A DNA stretch of 59,859 nt, from NCBI GenBank assembly GCA_036788695.1, contig DAIQMY010000001.1, positions 1 through 59,859 of the forward strand. The letters are read 5' to 3'. The notes under the pieces are model-generated. The model saw only the letters and a program-made list of their open reading frames with translations, was not told the DNA's origin and ran no database searches. Origin of the DNA: Candidatus Levyibacteriota bacterium (GTDB lineage Bacteria; Patescibacteriota; Microgenomatia; Levybacterales; GWA1-39-11). Shown here piece after piece: positions 19,383-30,094 of this stretch. Within the stretch, counting starts at the first letter, position 1. Each line of letters begins with the position of its first letter. The position numbers and the translations under genes are program-made.

Positions 19383-19915
19383 AATTCAAATTGTGTTCCC
19401 AAATCAATCTGATATAATCTTCCCTCATAGTAGCAGTCTATAAAATAAGTGCTAAAACACGCTTTGGATATAGACTTATGAAGATTATTTTACCCCTTTT
19501 CTAACCATAAGTATTGCGCCCACTTGTCCTACTTCATTCATATTTTTAACAACTAGATAAAATAGGTCATTTGAGGATTTATAACAAATGATTTATTCTG
19601 ATATATTAATACATATATATAGTGATTTATTATTTGCTTATGAATATTCGTGAAAAAGCTTAAGGATGGCATAGGCATGGCTAATTTTTCACAGGTACGC
19701 AATATGATTTTGGTAAAACTTAAACATATACTACTGTATCAACTTACTTGATTTGTCATTGACAGTCATAACGTGAATGTACTACGCTTATTTATACGCG
19801 GATATAATTAATATAATGTGTATAATCTCGAGGCTAAGGAGCTTATACGGGAATTAAATATTTATTACCGCATTACTTCACTGTCTTAACTTACAGGAAG
19901 TGAATTTATTATTCC

Positions 19916-22900
19916 ATGAACATAGAACAACTTATTGGACAGTACAAAACTTATCTTTTAAGTAATCACTCTAAGATTACTGCGAAGAACTATGTTTCAG
20001 ACATTAATCACTTTGTTACGTGGTTTGCTAACAATTACAATACAGTGTTTTGTGCTGATTTATTAACATTAAATATCATTACTGCCTATAAGGAGCACAT
20101 TCAATCACAGTCAAACTCGCCAGAACACCAATATAGCTATAAGTCGGCAAGCAGGCACCTTTCAAGTCTCAGATCTTTTACTTCATACCTAGTATACGCA
20201 GAACTTATTCCCGAAAACCCATTCAAGGTACAGGCAGAAAATCAATCGGCTTCAGATCCATGGAGCTTAAAGGGATTTAAAAACTTTCTATACTCACAAC
20301 GCTCAAGTGATCTAACTGTAAAATACTATATCAATGATATACAAGGGTTCAGCAAGTGGTATGAAGAAACTGTTGGCAGCATAAAAACAGAAAACACACC
20401 AAATCTTAACGCTGAAATTTTCACTGAGTACTCAAGAAGACTTAACACCACACTTCTTCTTTCTCCAAGGACCGTAAACAGAAAACTCTCAAGCCTTAGA
20501 CGATATACCTCATATCTTCATTTACAAAACAGGATAGATGAAAAGATTACAGTCCCATCCCAAGTAAGTCCAGAAAGTACTGTTACTTTAAACGATATGG
20601 TAGTTCATACACCAACAGAACAATACTCTAAAATACCACCTGTGAGACTGGCACAAAGAATAACCCGACCATATCTCAAACTTGAAAACGCAGCAGCTGA
20701 CCTGATATCAGCTCAGATAATTAAAACAAAGTTGAGAAAAGCGTTTGAGAAAAATGGAATAAATAAAAAACAACCGCTAGATAGCATATTGCAGGGACTA
20801 AGCAATAATAATATAAAAAAGGAATTCTATGCCCCCTATAGCATCTCTACTCAAGAGTTTTCATTAAGAAAAAAAGCATATCATCATCTAAAACACACAA
20901 GGCCTGAATGGTATAAAAAGTATCATACCTATCCATTTGTCCATTATCTACATCTTGGAATACTAGTAGTGGCAGCTGTCTCCTCTGCTTTTTATCTTTA
21001 TTACAATACCATAGGGAATGCTAACGCAACAAATACACAAGCAAAAAAGATAATGCAAAAAACATTTGCGTTCAAAGGGAAACTTTTAGATAAAAATAAC
21101 AAACCCATTACCCAAGTAACAGACTTGAGACTTGGACTCTATACAAATCCTACTGCTAGCGGGAGTGCGCTTGCATGGCAAGAAGTTCAAACTGGAATAA
21201 AACCTGATGAGAATGGGAATATAAGCATTATCATAGGAAACAGAAATGAATTACCGCAACCTCTTATAGACTCTAATACTCCTCTCTACCTTGGGGTAAC
21301 TGTTGGTACAGATTCTGAGCTGGCACCTCGTCAACAAATTGGGACATCTTTCGCAAACACAGCAAACAGTGTACAAGGATTATTGCCGATTACAAATGCA
21401 AATAGACAGACAAACGTACTTCTGGCACTAGATGCAAGCGGGGTACTTTCTATTGGAGGTAGCGCAAATCCAATTTTTACGGCAAGCGGCGGTCAGTTTA
21501 CCTTATCAGGAAATACTATCCTACTTACCACAAACCCTGGGAGCAACGGAAATATTATTATAAATCCTTCAGAGAATGGAAAAATTGATCTTCAAAAACC
21601 GCTTATTAACAGCCAGGGAGAAATTCTTGCAGAAGGTGGACTCATTATTCATGCAACAACAAGCGCAAAATCAGCACTTACAATACAACAAGACATGGGA
21701 GGACCATTTATTACAGCCTCAACCTCTGGTCAAACCAGATTTCAAGTTGATAGCCAAGGAACAATTACTCATGGTAATTGGGCGGGAAACCCCATAAGTC
21801 CTGAATTTGGAGGATTCGGTGCAAATATAACTCCTGCAACACCCGGGGAAATACTCTATTCAATAAACACAACATCCTATGGTCATCTACGACCAGGAAC
21901 AGCCGGTCAGTGTCTTACGACAAATGGATATGCCGCACCACTTTGGAGCTCCTGCGGATTTCTTTCTCAGCTAAATGGTGCATTAACGCTTACTAATAAT
22001 ACGTTTGATATAGTTTTAGGCGGAAATTCAACTGATAGTGCAAAGTTTGTTTTTTCAAATATGAGCACCGGAACACCGCTTCTCAAAATTGGAAAGTCAC
22101 TTCTCCTAGGAGGGAACACTCTCTACACAAACGGAGAAGACTTAAGGCTTGGAACAGGTGAAACAAAAAATATACTCCTTGCCCAGGCAGGAAATGTGGG
22201 AATAAACTCCTCATCACCTACCCGCACGTTAGATGTAAATGGAACATGGGGAGGAAACGTTGACTTTTACAGTGATGGGGAAGGAAGTAGAACTATTACA
22301 AGAGACACAAAAGCTCTTATCTATGACCTTGAGAAAAGTACAGGAAGTTATAATCTGGACTCAGAAACTACATACAATATAACAGCACTACCAAATACTG
22401 AAGGAACTTTTGCCTATATATATACAAAGGTGGAAAAAGGAGCAACCTCTGACCCTGTAACACAAAAAATTTTCATACAGGTAAATGGAACACAAGTAGG
22501 TTTAGTGTCAACGAACAACACAACAAATTCTTATAAAAGCATAGAACACTACACGCTTACAAGAAGTAACAATACATGGCACCTCTTAGGAGATACCGGA
22601 ACAACAAATGACGCAGCAGATCTTGCTGAATGGACTAAATATGAAGGGAAGCATCCTCTATCAGGAAATTTAGTTAGTATAGGAATAAATGGAAAACTAG
22701 TACTATCACGTATTCCTTATGATTCAAAAATTGCAGGAGTTGTTTCAACAAAGCCTCATATAACAATAGGAGCACAGTATAAGGATACCACTCCGCTTGC
22801 GCTCTCAGGAAGAATACCTGCAATTGTTATGTCATTTAACGGTTCCATATCCGCGGGAGAGACAATCACATCCTCTCCAATTCCCGGAGTAGGAATGAGG

Positions 22901-24541
22901 ATGAAAAAATCAGGAGCTACCGTTGGAAAAACACTTGAACCATTTATTCCTGATACTTCTTGTAAAACAGTTGCCTCCCTTGAAAGTATCAAATGGCCAG
23001 ATGATGATGGGAAGAACACAAGCCGTCCATGCTTTAAGGTACCAGTTTCATCATTTGACTCGCTCACAATGACTTATCTAGCACAGTATGGGCTTTCTTA
23101 TGTAGACTACTTATATATAGGTAAAGTTATGATCCTTTCAAATCTCTCATGGTCAAATAATGAGGATCTTATTGCATCAGTTAATTCCGCAACCATAGCT
23201 GATAATACTATGCCCATTTCCGCGCTTGATCCATCCCTTGCAGCAACCATGGAAACACTTAACGCATCTACTCCAAGCGTTTTTGTTTCCGGTGAGGCTT
23301 TTCAAAATGTGGCTGCATTCTCAGGGGTTATTGCAGGGAAAATAAAAGCAGGAATTATCACGGCACAATATATTGCATCGGAAAATATTGCGGCGTCATA
23401 TGCCAAAATAACAAATCTTAGTGTTCAGAATAGCATCACAGCTGCAACAATCACATCTCCTCTTATTGAAGGAGATAGTGTAAAAACAAATTCTATTAGC
23501 CCAAGAAATACCACGGATCTTGCAATAAAACTTCCTACAAAAAACTCAAAAGTAAAAATACAAGATCAATCAGGAGAAACTGTTTCTGAAATAGATGCAA
23601 GCGGAAACGCATCGTTTTCAGGAACTATTAACTCGCAGGCACTTAACACAGATGGTGCGACCATCTCAGGAACACTACGAACACAAAATTTAATTGCAGA
23701 TAATATCGAAGGTCTTTCTGATACTGTCGCAAGCATTACTTCAAAAATTGTGAATAATTTAAAACCTGTAGAAAACAAGCAGTTGCCTCATTTATCTGAA
23801 ACACTTGCGCAGTCATCAGTCTCTGCACAATTTGGAACATTCTACCAGGGACTTTTATCCTTAGGCGCATCTACATTCGGAGATTTATCTGTTATGGATC
23901 AGCTATCAATTGGAACTACCTTTATATTCTCAGGAAACTCAATAAATACCCTTGGCACAGACCTTGCAATACAACCACTTAAACAAGGCGCAGTATCATT
24001 TCTTGCAGGAGCGGTACGCATAGAAGCGGATGGACAACTGTTTGTAAATGAGAATGCGATATTCAATAAAAATCTAAGCGTTAGAGGAAAACTCATGACA
24101 AATATTATATCTCCTCTTCCCGACTCAGACCTATCATTACAGCTACCTTCTGGAGGTCAAAAGGATGCAAAACTAGTAGTTAAAAATGCAAGCAACTCAG
24201 CGGTGCTCAGTATATCTTCGCGGGGAGATATTCACGCATCAGGATCTGCCACAATATCAAAGCTTAACTTTAATATTGTAGGACAAGCACTTGCCTCAGG
24301 CGAATATACCGCTAGCGCAAGTTCTTCTGCAGGAACTGCCATTATTAAAGCGGGTACAAATGAACTTACTATACTAAATCCTCTTGTAACACGCGATTCT
24401 CTTATTTATATTACGCCTGCACAAAACACAAATAATAATGTTCTTTATCTCATGCGGCAATCAGCAGGGGAAAGTTTTACCGTTGGGATATCTCAAGTTG
24501 TTCAATCTGATACGTTATTCAATTGGCTTATTGTAAATTAA
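19916..24541 (+). CDS. giant membrane protein: two integrase N-terminal core-binding domains, TM helix, fibre-like ectodomain
   Basis: TAKNYVSDINHF/SASRHLSSLRSF and TVKYYINDIQGF/TVNRKLSSLRRY; TM at about aa 345-365; AADLAE...GVVSTKP...ALSGR chaperone-like segment; no R-H-R-Y catalytic set recognised. Confidence 0.85.
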   Translation: MNIEQLIGQYKTYLLSNHSKITAKNYVSDINHFVTWFANNYNTVFCADLLTLNIITAYKEHIQSQSNSPEHQYSYKSASRHLSSLRSFTSYLVYAELIPENPFKVQAENQSASDPWSLKGFKNFLYSQRSSDLTVKYYINDIQGFSKWYEETVGSIKTENTPNLNAEIFTEYSRRLNTTLLLSPRTVNRKLSSLRRYTSYLHLQNRIDEKITVPSQVSPESTVTLNDMVVHTPTEQYSKIPPVRLAQRITRPYLKLENAAADLISAQIIKTKLRKAFEKNGINKKQPLDSILQGLSNNNIKKEFYAPYSISTQEFSLRKKAYHHLKHTRPEWYKKYHTYPFVHYLHLGILVVAAVSSAFYLYYNTIGNANATNTQAKKIMQKTFAFKGKLLDKNNKPITQVTDLRLGLYTNPTASGSALAWQEVQTGIKPDENGNISIIIGNRNELPQPLIDSNTPLYLGVTVGTDSELAPRQQIGTSFANTANSVQGLLPITNANRQTNVLLALDASGVLSIGGSANPIFTASGGQFTLSGNTILLTTNPGSNGNIIINPSENGKIDLQKPLINSQGEILAEGGLIIHATTSAKSALTIQQDMGGPFITASTSGQTRFQVDSQGTITHGNWAGNPISPEFGGFGANITPATPGEILYSINTTSYGHLRPGTAGQCLTTNGYAAPLWSSCGFLSQLNGALTLTNNTFDIVLGGNSTDSAKFVFSNMSTGTPLLKIGKSLLLGGNTLYTNGEDLRLGTGETKNILLAQAGNVGINSSSPTRTLDVNGTWGGNVDFYSDGEGSRTITRDTKALIYDLEKSTGSYNLDSETTYNITALPNTEGTFAYIYTKVEKGATSDPVTQKIFIQVNGTQVGLVSTNNTTNSYKSIEHYTLTRSNNTWHLLGDTGTTNDAADLAEWTKYEGKHPLSGNLVSIGINGKLVLSRIPYDSKIAGVVSTKPHITIGAQYKDTTPLALSGRIPAIVMSFNGSISAGETITSSPIPGVGMRMKKSGATVGKTLEPFIPDTSCKTVASLESIKWPDDDGKNTSRPCFKVPVSSFDSLTMTYLAQYGLSYVDYLYIGKVMILSNLSWSNNEDLIASVNSATIADNTMPISALDPSLAATMETLNASTPSVFVSGEAFQNVAAFSGVIAGKIKAGIITAQYIASENIAASYAKITNLSVQNSITAATITSPLIEGDSVKTNSISPRNTTDLAIKLPTKNSKVKIQDQSGETVSEIDASGNASFSGTINSQALNTDGATISGTLRTQNLIADNIEGLSDTVASITSKIVNNLKPVENKQLPHLSETLAQSSVSAQFGTFYQGLLSLGASTFGDLSVMDQLSIGTTFIFSGNSINTLGTDLAIQPLKQGAVSFLAGAVRIEADGQLFVNENAIFNKNLSVRGKLMTNIISPLPDSDLSLQLPSGGQKDAKLVVKNASNSAVLSISSRGDIHASGSATISKLNFNIVGQALASGEYTASASSSAGTAIIKAGTNELTILNPLVTRDSLIYITPAQNTNNNVLYLMRQSAGESFTVGISQVVQSDTLFNWLIVN

Positions 24542-24563
24542 AGATAAAATGACCATTTATAAA

Positions 24564-24664
24564 TCTTATACTTGACATTATACAAACACGTTGATTAAGT
24601 TAACTATAGTTTAGAATAATAAGAAATTCTTATACTTGACATTAGATTTTTATATTGGTAGATT
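24564..24664 (+). promoter_or_regulatory. sigma70 promoter with duplicated -35 segment
   Basis: TCTTATACTTGACATTA at 24564-24580 and 24628-24644; second TTGACA, 17 nt, TG-G-TAGATT (24659-24664). Confidence 0.6.
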
Positions 24665-24682
24665 ATATTCTAAGCTGAATTT

Positions 24683-26788
24683 ATGAATGAAAAAGAAGTC
24701 ATTAGCATTTTAAGAAAAGTAAGCATAGCAGTACTTAGTATTGTATTTTTTGCGTTTCCTCTTTTATTCCTTACAACTACAACAGATCCCTTTATTCTTC
24801 CAAGACAAATTTTTATAGTCATCACAGCTTCCCTGTTAGTATTTCTCTGGGCAGTTATATCAGTAGTTCAGAAAAAAATTATAATCCGAACAAATCCATT
24901 TACTCTCCCACTCGCCATATTTACTACTATCATTATTGTTTCGGCTATATTATCTCGGAATATGTATGACTCTCTTGCAGTAAGCATACCGGTACTTGCA
25001 TGCTTCCTTCTCTATTTTGTTACTATACACATAGTCTCCTCAAGAAAAGATTTCCTATTTATTGGAGGAAGTCTTCTTATAGGGGCTGTTCTAACTACCG
25101 TACTATCTATACTTTACTATTTCAAAATATATGTACTTCCCATATCTCAAACACATAATCAGTACTTCACCACATTTGGCTCACCAATTCAACACATCTT
25201 ATACATTCTCCCTCTCTTTATTATCTGTCTTCTAGCAGTACTATCTCTTATAAAAGGGAAGTTTACAAAGATTAACTACGAACAATTATTTAATTTGATT
25301 TCTGGATCTATATTACTTATCGGAGTAGGACTCATTGCATACCAAATCCTAACCGTTTCACAAAAACCAAACCTCCTCCCCTATACCTATGGCTTCCAAA
25401 TCGCAACAGCTGCAATTAGCCAGGACTCTAACAGGTTTCTTCTTGCCCTGCCTTTTGGATCAGGATATGGAACATTTTTATCTGACTATACTCGCTTTAA
25501 ATTCCCAAGCATAAATAACAATCCTACCTTATGGAACTTTCAGTTTACCTATTCATCATCTTTTGTCTTGGAACTACTCGCAACTACTGGAGTATTAGGT
25601 TTTCTCTCTTACCTGTTTGTTGTGTTCCGAGTGCTTAAAAACAGATCAAAAAACTCCACCCCACTCTTTTTAGGCATACTATCCATACTTATTCTCTCAT
25701 TTTTCCTTCCATTCTCGCTTTCAGAAGTATTTCTCCTTTTCATACTCATAGGTCTTTATACAGCTTCTCTATTCCTAGCAAATGATAAGAGAGTTGATTC
25801 TGTACGAATTTCACTTGTTGCACTCAAAGAAGGTCTTATCTCAATGGAAGAAACCCAAGACCCTGACCGAAAATACAAAAAGGATAGTAGAGTTCTTCCG
25901 GGACTATTTGCGCTCATCGTGCTACTTGTAGGCGGTTATATCTCATACCTTTCTATTCAACTTCTTATTGCTGATACAAAGATGGCAAAATCCTTATCTC
26001 AACCTGCGAATACAAAGCTTGACATAATATATGACCTCCAAAGAGAAGCACTTATGACTTATCCATATAGAAGTGACTACTATAGAATTTTCTCTCAATT
26101 GAACCTAGGACTTGCAACATCCATATCCCAAGGTATACCTCAGGGCACTCAGCCTTCCGCTCAAATACAGCAGACAGTATCACAGTTATTAAGACAGGCA
26201 GTTGATAATGGAAGAACAGCTGTTGCAATTGCTCCTGTTACAGCAGTTAACTGGGAAAATCTGGCAGGAATCTATAGAAACCTTATTGGAGTTGGACAGA
26301 ACGCAGATCAATTTTCAATTGCAACATTAAACCAGGCAATCGCCCTAGATCCATCTAACCCTGTATTAAGAGTGGAACTTGGGGGTATTTACTACGCTCT
26401 TCAACAATATGATGCAGCACAAACCCAATTTGCACAAGCTATACAATTAAAACCAGACTTTGCAAACGCTTATTATAATCTTGGTCATGCACTGGAAGCA
26501 AAGGGAGATCTAAACTCAGCACTCTCAGCCTATCAGTCAGCACTAAGTCTGGTTCAAAATAATCCACAGGATAAAACGGCACTTCAAAAAGAAATTGATG
26601 TTCTTACAGAAAAAATTGGCGATAAAGGCGACTCAAACGGACAAGCAAACGTTCCTGGAAACGCAGAGAATCAGCCACCACTTGGGCTAACTGCTCCTAC
26701 TACAGTTCCATCAGTTACTGGACAAGTTAAGGTTCCACCACCACCAACCGGATCAGTCAGTACTCCAACTCCTTCAACAACGCAATAA
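24683..26788 (+). CDS. polytopic membrane protein (O-antigen ligase-like) with C-terminal TPRs
   Basis: About 12 TM segments, GSGYGTF and LELLATTGVLG motifs, TPR-like helices (AIQLKPDFANAYYNLG), Pro/Thr-rich tail. Confidence 0.8.
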   Translation: MNEKEVISILRKVSIAVLSIVFFAFPLLFLTTTTDPFILPRQIFIVITASLLVFLWAVISVVQKKIIIRTNPFTLPLAIFTTIIIVSAILSRNMYDSLAVSIPVLACFLLYFVTIHIVSSRKDFLFIGGSLLIGAVLTTVLSILYYFKIYVLPISQTHNQYFTTFGSPIQHILYILPLFIICLLAVLSLIKGKFTKINYEQLFNLISGSILLIGVGLIAYQILTVSQKPNLLPYTYGFQIATAAISQDSNRFLLALPFGSGYGTFLSDYTRFKFPSINNNPTLWNFQFTYSSSFVLELLATTGVLGFLSYLFVVFRVLKNRSKNSTPLFLGILSILILSFFLPFSLSEVFLLFILIGLYTASLFLANDKRVDSVRISLVALKEGLISMEETQDPDRKYKKDSRVLPGLFALIVLLVGGYISYLSIQLLIADTKMAKSLSQPANTKLDIIYDLQREALMTYPYRSDYYRIFSQLNLGLATSISQGIPQGTQPSAQIQQTVSQLLRQAVDNGRTAVAIAPVTAVNWENLAGIYRNLIGVGQNADQFSIATLNQAIALDPSNPVLRVELGGIYYALQQYDAAQTQFAQAIQLKPDFANAYYNLGHALEAKGDLNSALSAYQSALSLVQNNPQDKTALQKEIDVLTEKIGDKGDSNGQANVPGNAENQPPLGLTAPTTVPSVTGQVKVPPPPTGSVSTPTPSTTQ

Positions 26789-26851
26789 TAATCGTATTTG
26801 TTTGACTTATAAGGTCTATTTTTGATAAAGTGATTTGTTTCCCAAATAACT

Positions 26852-27991
26852 ATGAAAAGGCTGTTCTCTTTCCTATCTTTTAAACAACTTAAAAAAACCG
26901 CTCGATTTTTAGCTCTTGAGTTAAGAGCATTTCTTATTTTCTTTAAAATCTATATACAAGATAAGCTTATCTCTGCTTCTTCTGCTTTTGAAACACGTAA
27001 GAATGCAATGGTTAAAGGCGTACTGATTAAAAGAGGTAAAAAAAACCGATTCTTTCTTCACCTCTCAATCATGGTCATCTTAACAATTGGTGTACTTATT
27101 TCCCCCTTCATATCTGAGGCACAACTATTTGGTAAAAATAAGGATTTACTCTCTTTCGCCCAGGAACAGGGTCCTGCTTCATTATCTCTTACACAAGACA
27201 ACGTATTTCAAACACAAAATACCGTAGGAATTCGCGATAAAGTAGTTAAATACTCAGTTCAAAAGGGAGATACCATATCCACCATAGCCAAGAAATATGG
27301 AGTTACTGAAGACACTATAAAATGGCAAAATGATCTATCTTCAGATGATATTTCAATAGGTCAGGAGATTGAGATACTTCCGGTTACTGGAATTGCGCAT
27401 AAAGTCGCAAGTGGAGATACGGTATATACTATTGCAAAGAAATATGGAGTCGACGCCCAGGCTGTAGTAGACTTCCCCTTTAATGACTTTGCGAACCCAC
27501 AAACATTTTCACTTGTAACAGGACAAATTGTTATTGTGCCTGATGGGGTTAAACCAGAAGAACAGGCTCAGCCTCAGTATGTACGTCAAACATTCATAGC
27601 TAGCGGTCCGGTGTCAGTCACGGCATCTGGCTTTACATGGCCAATACATGGATCTCTCAATCAGTCATTCTCCTGGTATCACCCTGGTGTTGATCTAGGC
27701 GCGTCAGTAGGTACACCCATTATTGCAGCACAAAATGGTACGGTATCCCAATCTTACTCTGGCGGGTGGAATTTTGGGTATGGAACACATATTGTCATAT
27801 CAGGAGATAATGGATATACAACTCTCTATGCCCATATGTCAGCATTGAATGTTTCTGCAGGAGACAGAGTTGTCGCAGGAAAAACCGTAGTAGGCTGGGT
27901 AGGACTTACGGGACGCACTACAGGAGCACATCTCCACTTTGAAATTAGATCAAATGGTGGAAACTTAAACCCGCTTGGGTTCCTACAATAA
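26852..27991 (+). CDS. LysM x2 + M23 peptidase
   Basis: YSVQKGDTISTIAKKYGV and HKVASGDTVYTIAKKYGV; HPGVD, YAHMS, HLHFE. Confidence 0.95.
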   Translation: MKRLFSFLSFKQLKKTARFLALELRAFLIFFKIYIQDKLISASSAFETRKNAMVKGVLIKRGKKNRFFLHLSIMVILTIGVLISPFISEAQLFGKNKDLLSFAQEQGPASLSLTQDNVFQTQNTVGIRDKVVKYSVQKGDTISTIAKKYGVTEDTIKWQNDLSSDDISIGQEIEILPVTGIAHKVASGDTVYTIAKKYGVDAQAVVDFPFNDFANPQTFSLVTGQIVIVPDGVKPEEQAQPQYVRQTFIASGPVSVTASGFTWPIHGSLNQSFSWYHPGVDLGASVGTPIIAAQNGTVSQSYSGGWNFGYGTHIVISGDNGYTTLYAHMSALNVSAGDRVVAGKTVVGWVGLTGRTTGAHLHFEIRSNGGNLNPLGFLQ

Positions 27992-28021
27992 GCACTACTT
28001 TTGGATATACGCTGCAAGAAT

Positions 28022-28536
28022 TTAGCCTAAGGTTAATAAAAACTCATTGTTATCTGAAAGAAACGATGAAACCCTAGTCTTTTCCGAGGTTTAGTAAGAA
28101 CACATTGTTATCTGGAGCGTAGCGGAAGAAACGATGATACCCTACCTAATCTTTGCCTAAATTCAATAAAAACTCATCGTTATCTGAAAGAAACGATGAA
28201 ACCCTAGTCTTTTCCGAGGTTTAATAAGAACACATTGTTATCCGAAGGAAAGGATGAAAACCTAATCTTTGCCTAAATTAAGTAAAAATTCATCGTTATC
28301 CGAAGGAAAGGATGATTACCCTAGTCTTTTCCGAGGTTTAATAGAAATTCATCGTTATCTGAAAGAAACGATGATACTCTAAGAAGTTTAATAAAAATTC
28401 ATCGTTATCCGAAGGAAAGGATGATTACCCTAGTCTTTTCCGAGGTTTAATAGAAATTCATTGTTATCTGGAGCGTAGCGGAAGAAACGATGAAACCCTA
28501 GTCTTTTCCGAGGTTTAATAAGAATTCATCGTTATC
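28022..28536 (-). repeat. tandem array of rho 3'-end copies with hairpin spacers (gene tail plus 8 copies)
   Basis: Units at 28022-28054, 28074-28112, 28146-28184, 28204-28242, 28262-28300, 28321-28359, 28379-28409, 28430-28468 and the gene tail 28498-28536; spacers 19-33 nt. Confidence 0.97.
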
Positions 28537-29805
28537 CTCAGTCTTACTTAATCGTTCTATAAGCACTTCTGCTCGTTCGTCTGGACTCAAAACATCAATC
28601 ATGCGTCTCATCATTACAACCTTTTTCAGCTTATCTTCAGGCATTAAAAGCTCTTCTTGGCGTGTGCCTGACTTCTCTACGTTAATAGCTGGAAATACGC
28701 GTCTTTCAGCAAGTCTTCTGTCTAAATGAAGCTCCATGTTTCCCGTACCCTTAAACTCCTCAAAAACTAAATCATCTAATCTGGAACCTGTGTCTACCAG
28801 TGCCGTACCTATTATAGTAAGGGATCCTCCATCTTCACAATTTCTAGCAGCCCCAAAGAACCGTTTTGTTGGATAAAGAGCAGCAGGATCATATCCTCCT
28901 GAAAGTGTGCGTCCGGATGGCTCAATTGACAAATTATATGCGCGAGCAAGCCTGGTAATTGAGTCTAGAAGAATAACCACGTGCTTACCATTCTCAACTA
29001 ATCTCTTTGCCCGATCTAGGGCAATCTCCGCAACTCTTGTCTGAATTTCAGGTGATTCATCAAAATTTGAGGCTACTACATCACCTTTGACGGAACGTGC
29101 GATATCTGTTACCTCTTCAGGGCGCTCTCCTATTAAGACCGCCATTAAATGAACGTCTGGGAAATTAGCGATAATACCTGAGGCTATATCCTTCAAAATA
29201 GTGGTTTTTCCAGCCTTAGGAGGTGATACAATCATACCTCTCTGTCCAAATCCAATAGGCGCGACTAAATCAATAATACGTGTTGAGAGTGGATATTTTT
29301 TAGTTGATAACTTGATCTGTGTATTTGGGTAGATAGGTGTTAAATCCTCAAAATAAGGTCTTTTTGTAGACTTATCTGCATCTACTCCGTTTACTCTGTT
29401 GATTTTCAATAATCCATAATACCGCTCGTTGTCTTTTGGTGGACGCCCTAAGCCCTCAACTAAATCCCCCGGTCTGAGCCAAAAACGACGAATTTGTGAA
29501 GATGATATATAGATATCATGATCTGATGGTCTGAATTTTGGCCTCAAAAAACCATGCCCTTCATGTTGAATATCTAAAATTCCGGAAACCACTTCTGTGC
29601 CTTCATCTCTATCCTGCGCACTCATATTGTTCTCACGGACGAAACCTTGATTTCTATCTTCAATTACTGGTTCTTCTCTGGGTGAAACTTGAGCTTGATC
29701 CATATTCCCTGACACTACACCTTCTGTGCCTGTATCCTGAGGAGCTGAGCCTATTGGGGCATCATTAGATGCTAATTTTCTAGTTGTTCGTTTTGTGTAT
29801 GGCAT
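28498..29805 (-). CDS. rho: transcription termination factor Rho
   Basis: GILDI...[47 protein letters not shown]. Confidence 0.98.
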   Translation of the reverse strand: MPYTKRTTRKLASNDAPIGSAPQDTGTEGVVSGNMDQAQVSPREEPVIEDRNQGFVRENNMSAQDRDEGTEVVSGILDIQHEGHGFLRPKFRPSDHDIYISSSQIRRFWLRPGDLVEGLGRPPKDNERYYGLLKINRVNGVDADKSTKRPYFEDLTPIYPNTQIKLSTKKYPLSTRIIDLVAPIGFGQRGMIVSPPKAGKTTILKDIASGIIANFPDVHLMAVLIGERPEEVTDIARSVKGDVVASNFDESPEIQTRVAEIALDRAKRLVENGKHVVILLDSITRLARAYNLSIEPSGRTLSGGYDPAALYPTKRFFGAARNCEDGGSLTIIGTALVDTGSRLDDLVFEEFKGTGNMELHLDRRLAERRVFPAINVEKSGTRQEELLMPEDKLKKVVMMRRMIDVLSPDERAEVLIERLSKTEDNDEFLLNLGKD

Positions 29806-30065
29806 ACGTTAATGTATATATTTATGGAAATAATTATCCAAGAAAGTAAAGAATAGTCTTATGCGTCAGGTCATGTGTATTATCTTGGAATAGGTTGTAG
29901 AAAGTACGTTTAAAAAATATACGAAGCTAATGTATTGTAACTTTCTTCTACCCTCTTGTCAAGAAGAAAATAATAACTCCTCCTAACTCTCCCGCTTTCT
30001 CCCACAACAAGGCTAAAAACACATAAATTGAATGTGTGCTTAAACTATAGTATGTCTCATAGTAC

Positions 30066-30094
30066 TTGACATGACAGAAAAATTCTGCTATACT
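30066..30094 (+). promoter_or_regulatory. consensus sigma70 promoter
   Basis: TTGACA, 17 nt, TG-C-TATACT. Confidence 0.8.

Noticed and set aside
19916-20600. Active integrase or prophage
   Set aside because: Only core-binding domains are present; no catalytic domain, att pair or phage structural genes.
28022-28497. TAG read-through producing a repeat-extended Rho
   Set aside because: Spacers are 29, 20, 19, 20, 19, 19, 33 and 19 nt, so almost all break the frame.
28022-28536. CRISPR array
   Set aside because: The repeat is the rho coding tail and varies; spacers are short and recur in three classes; no cas genes in the window.
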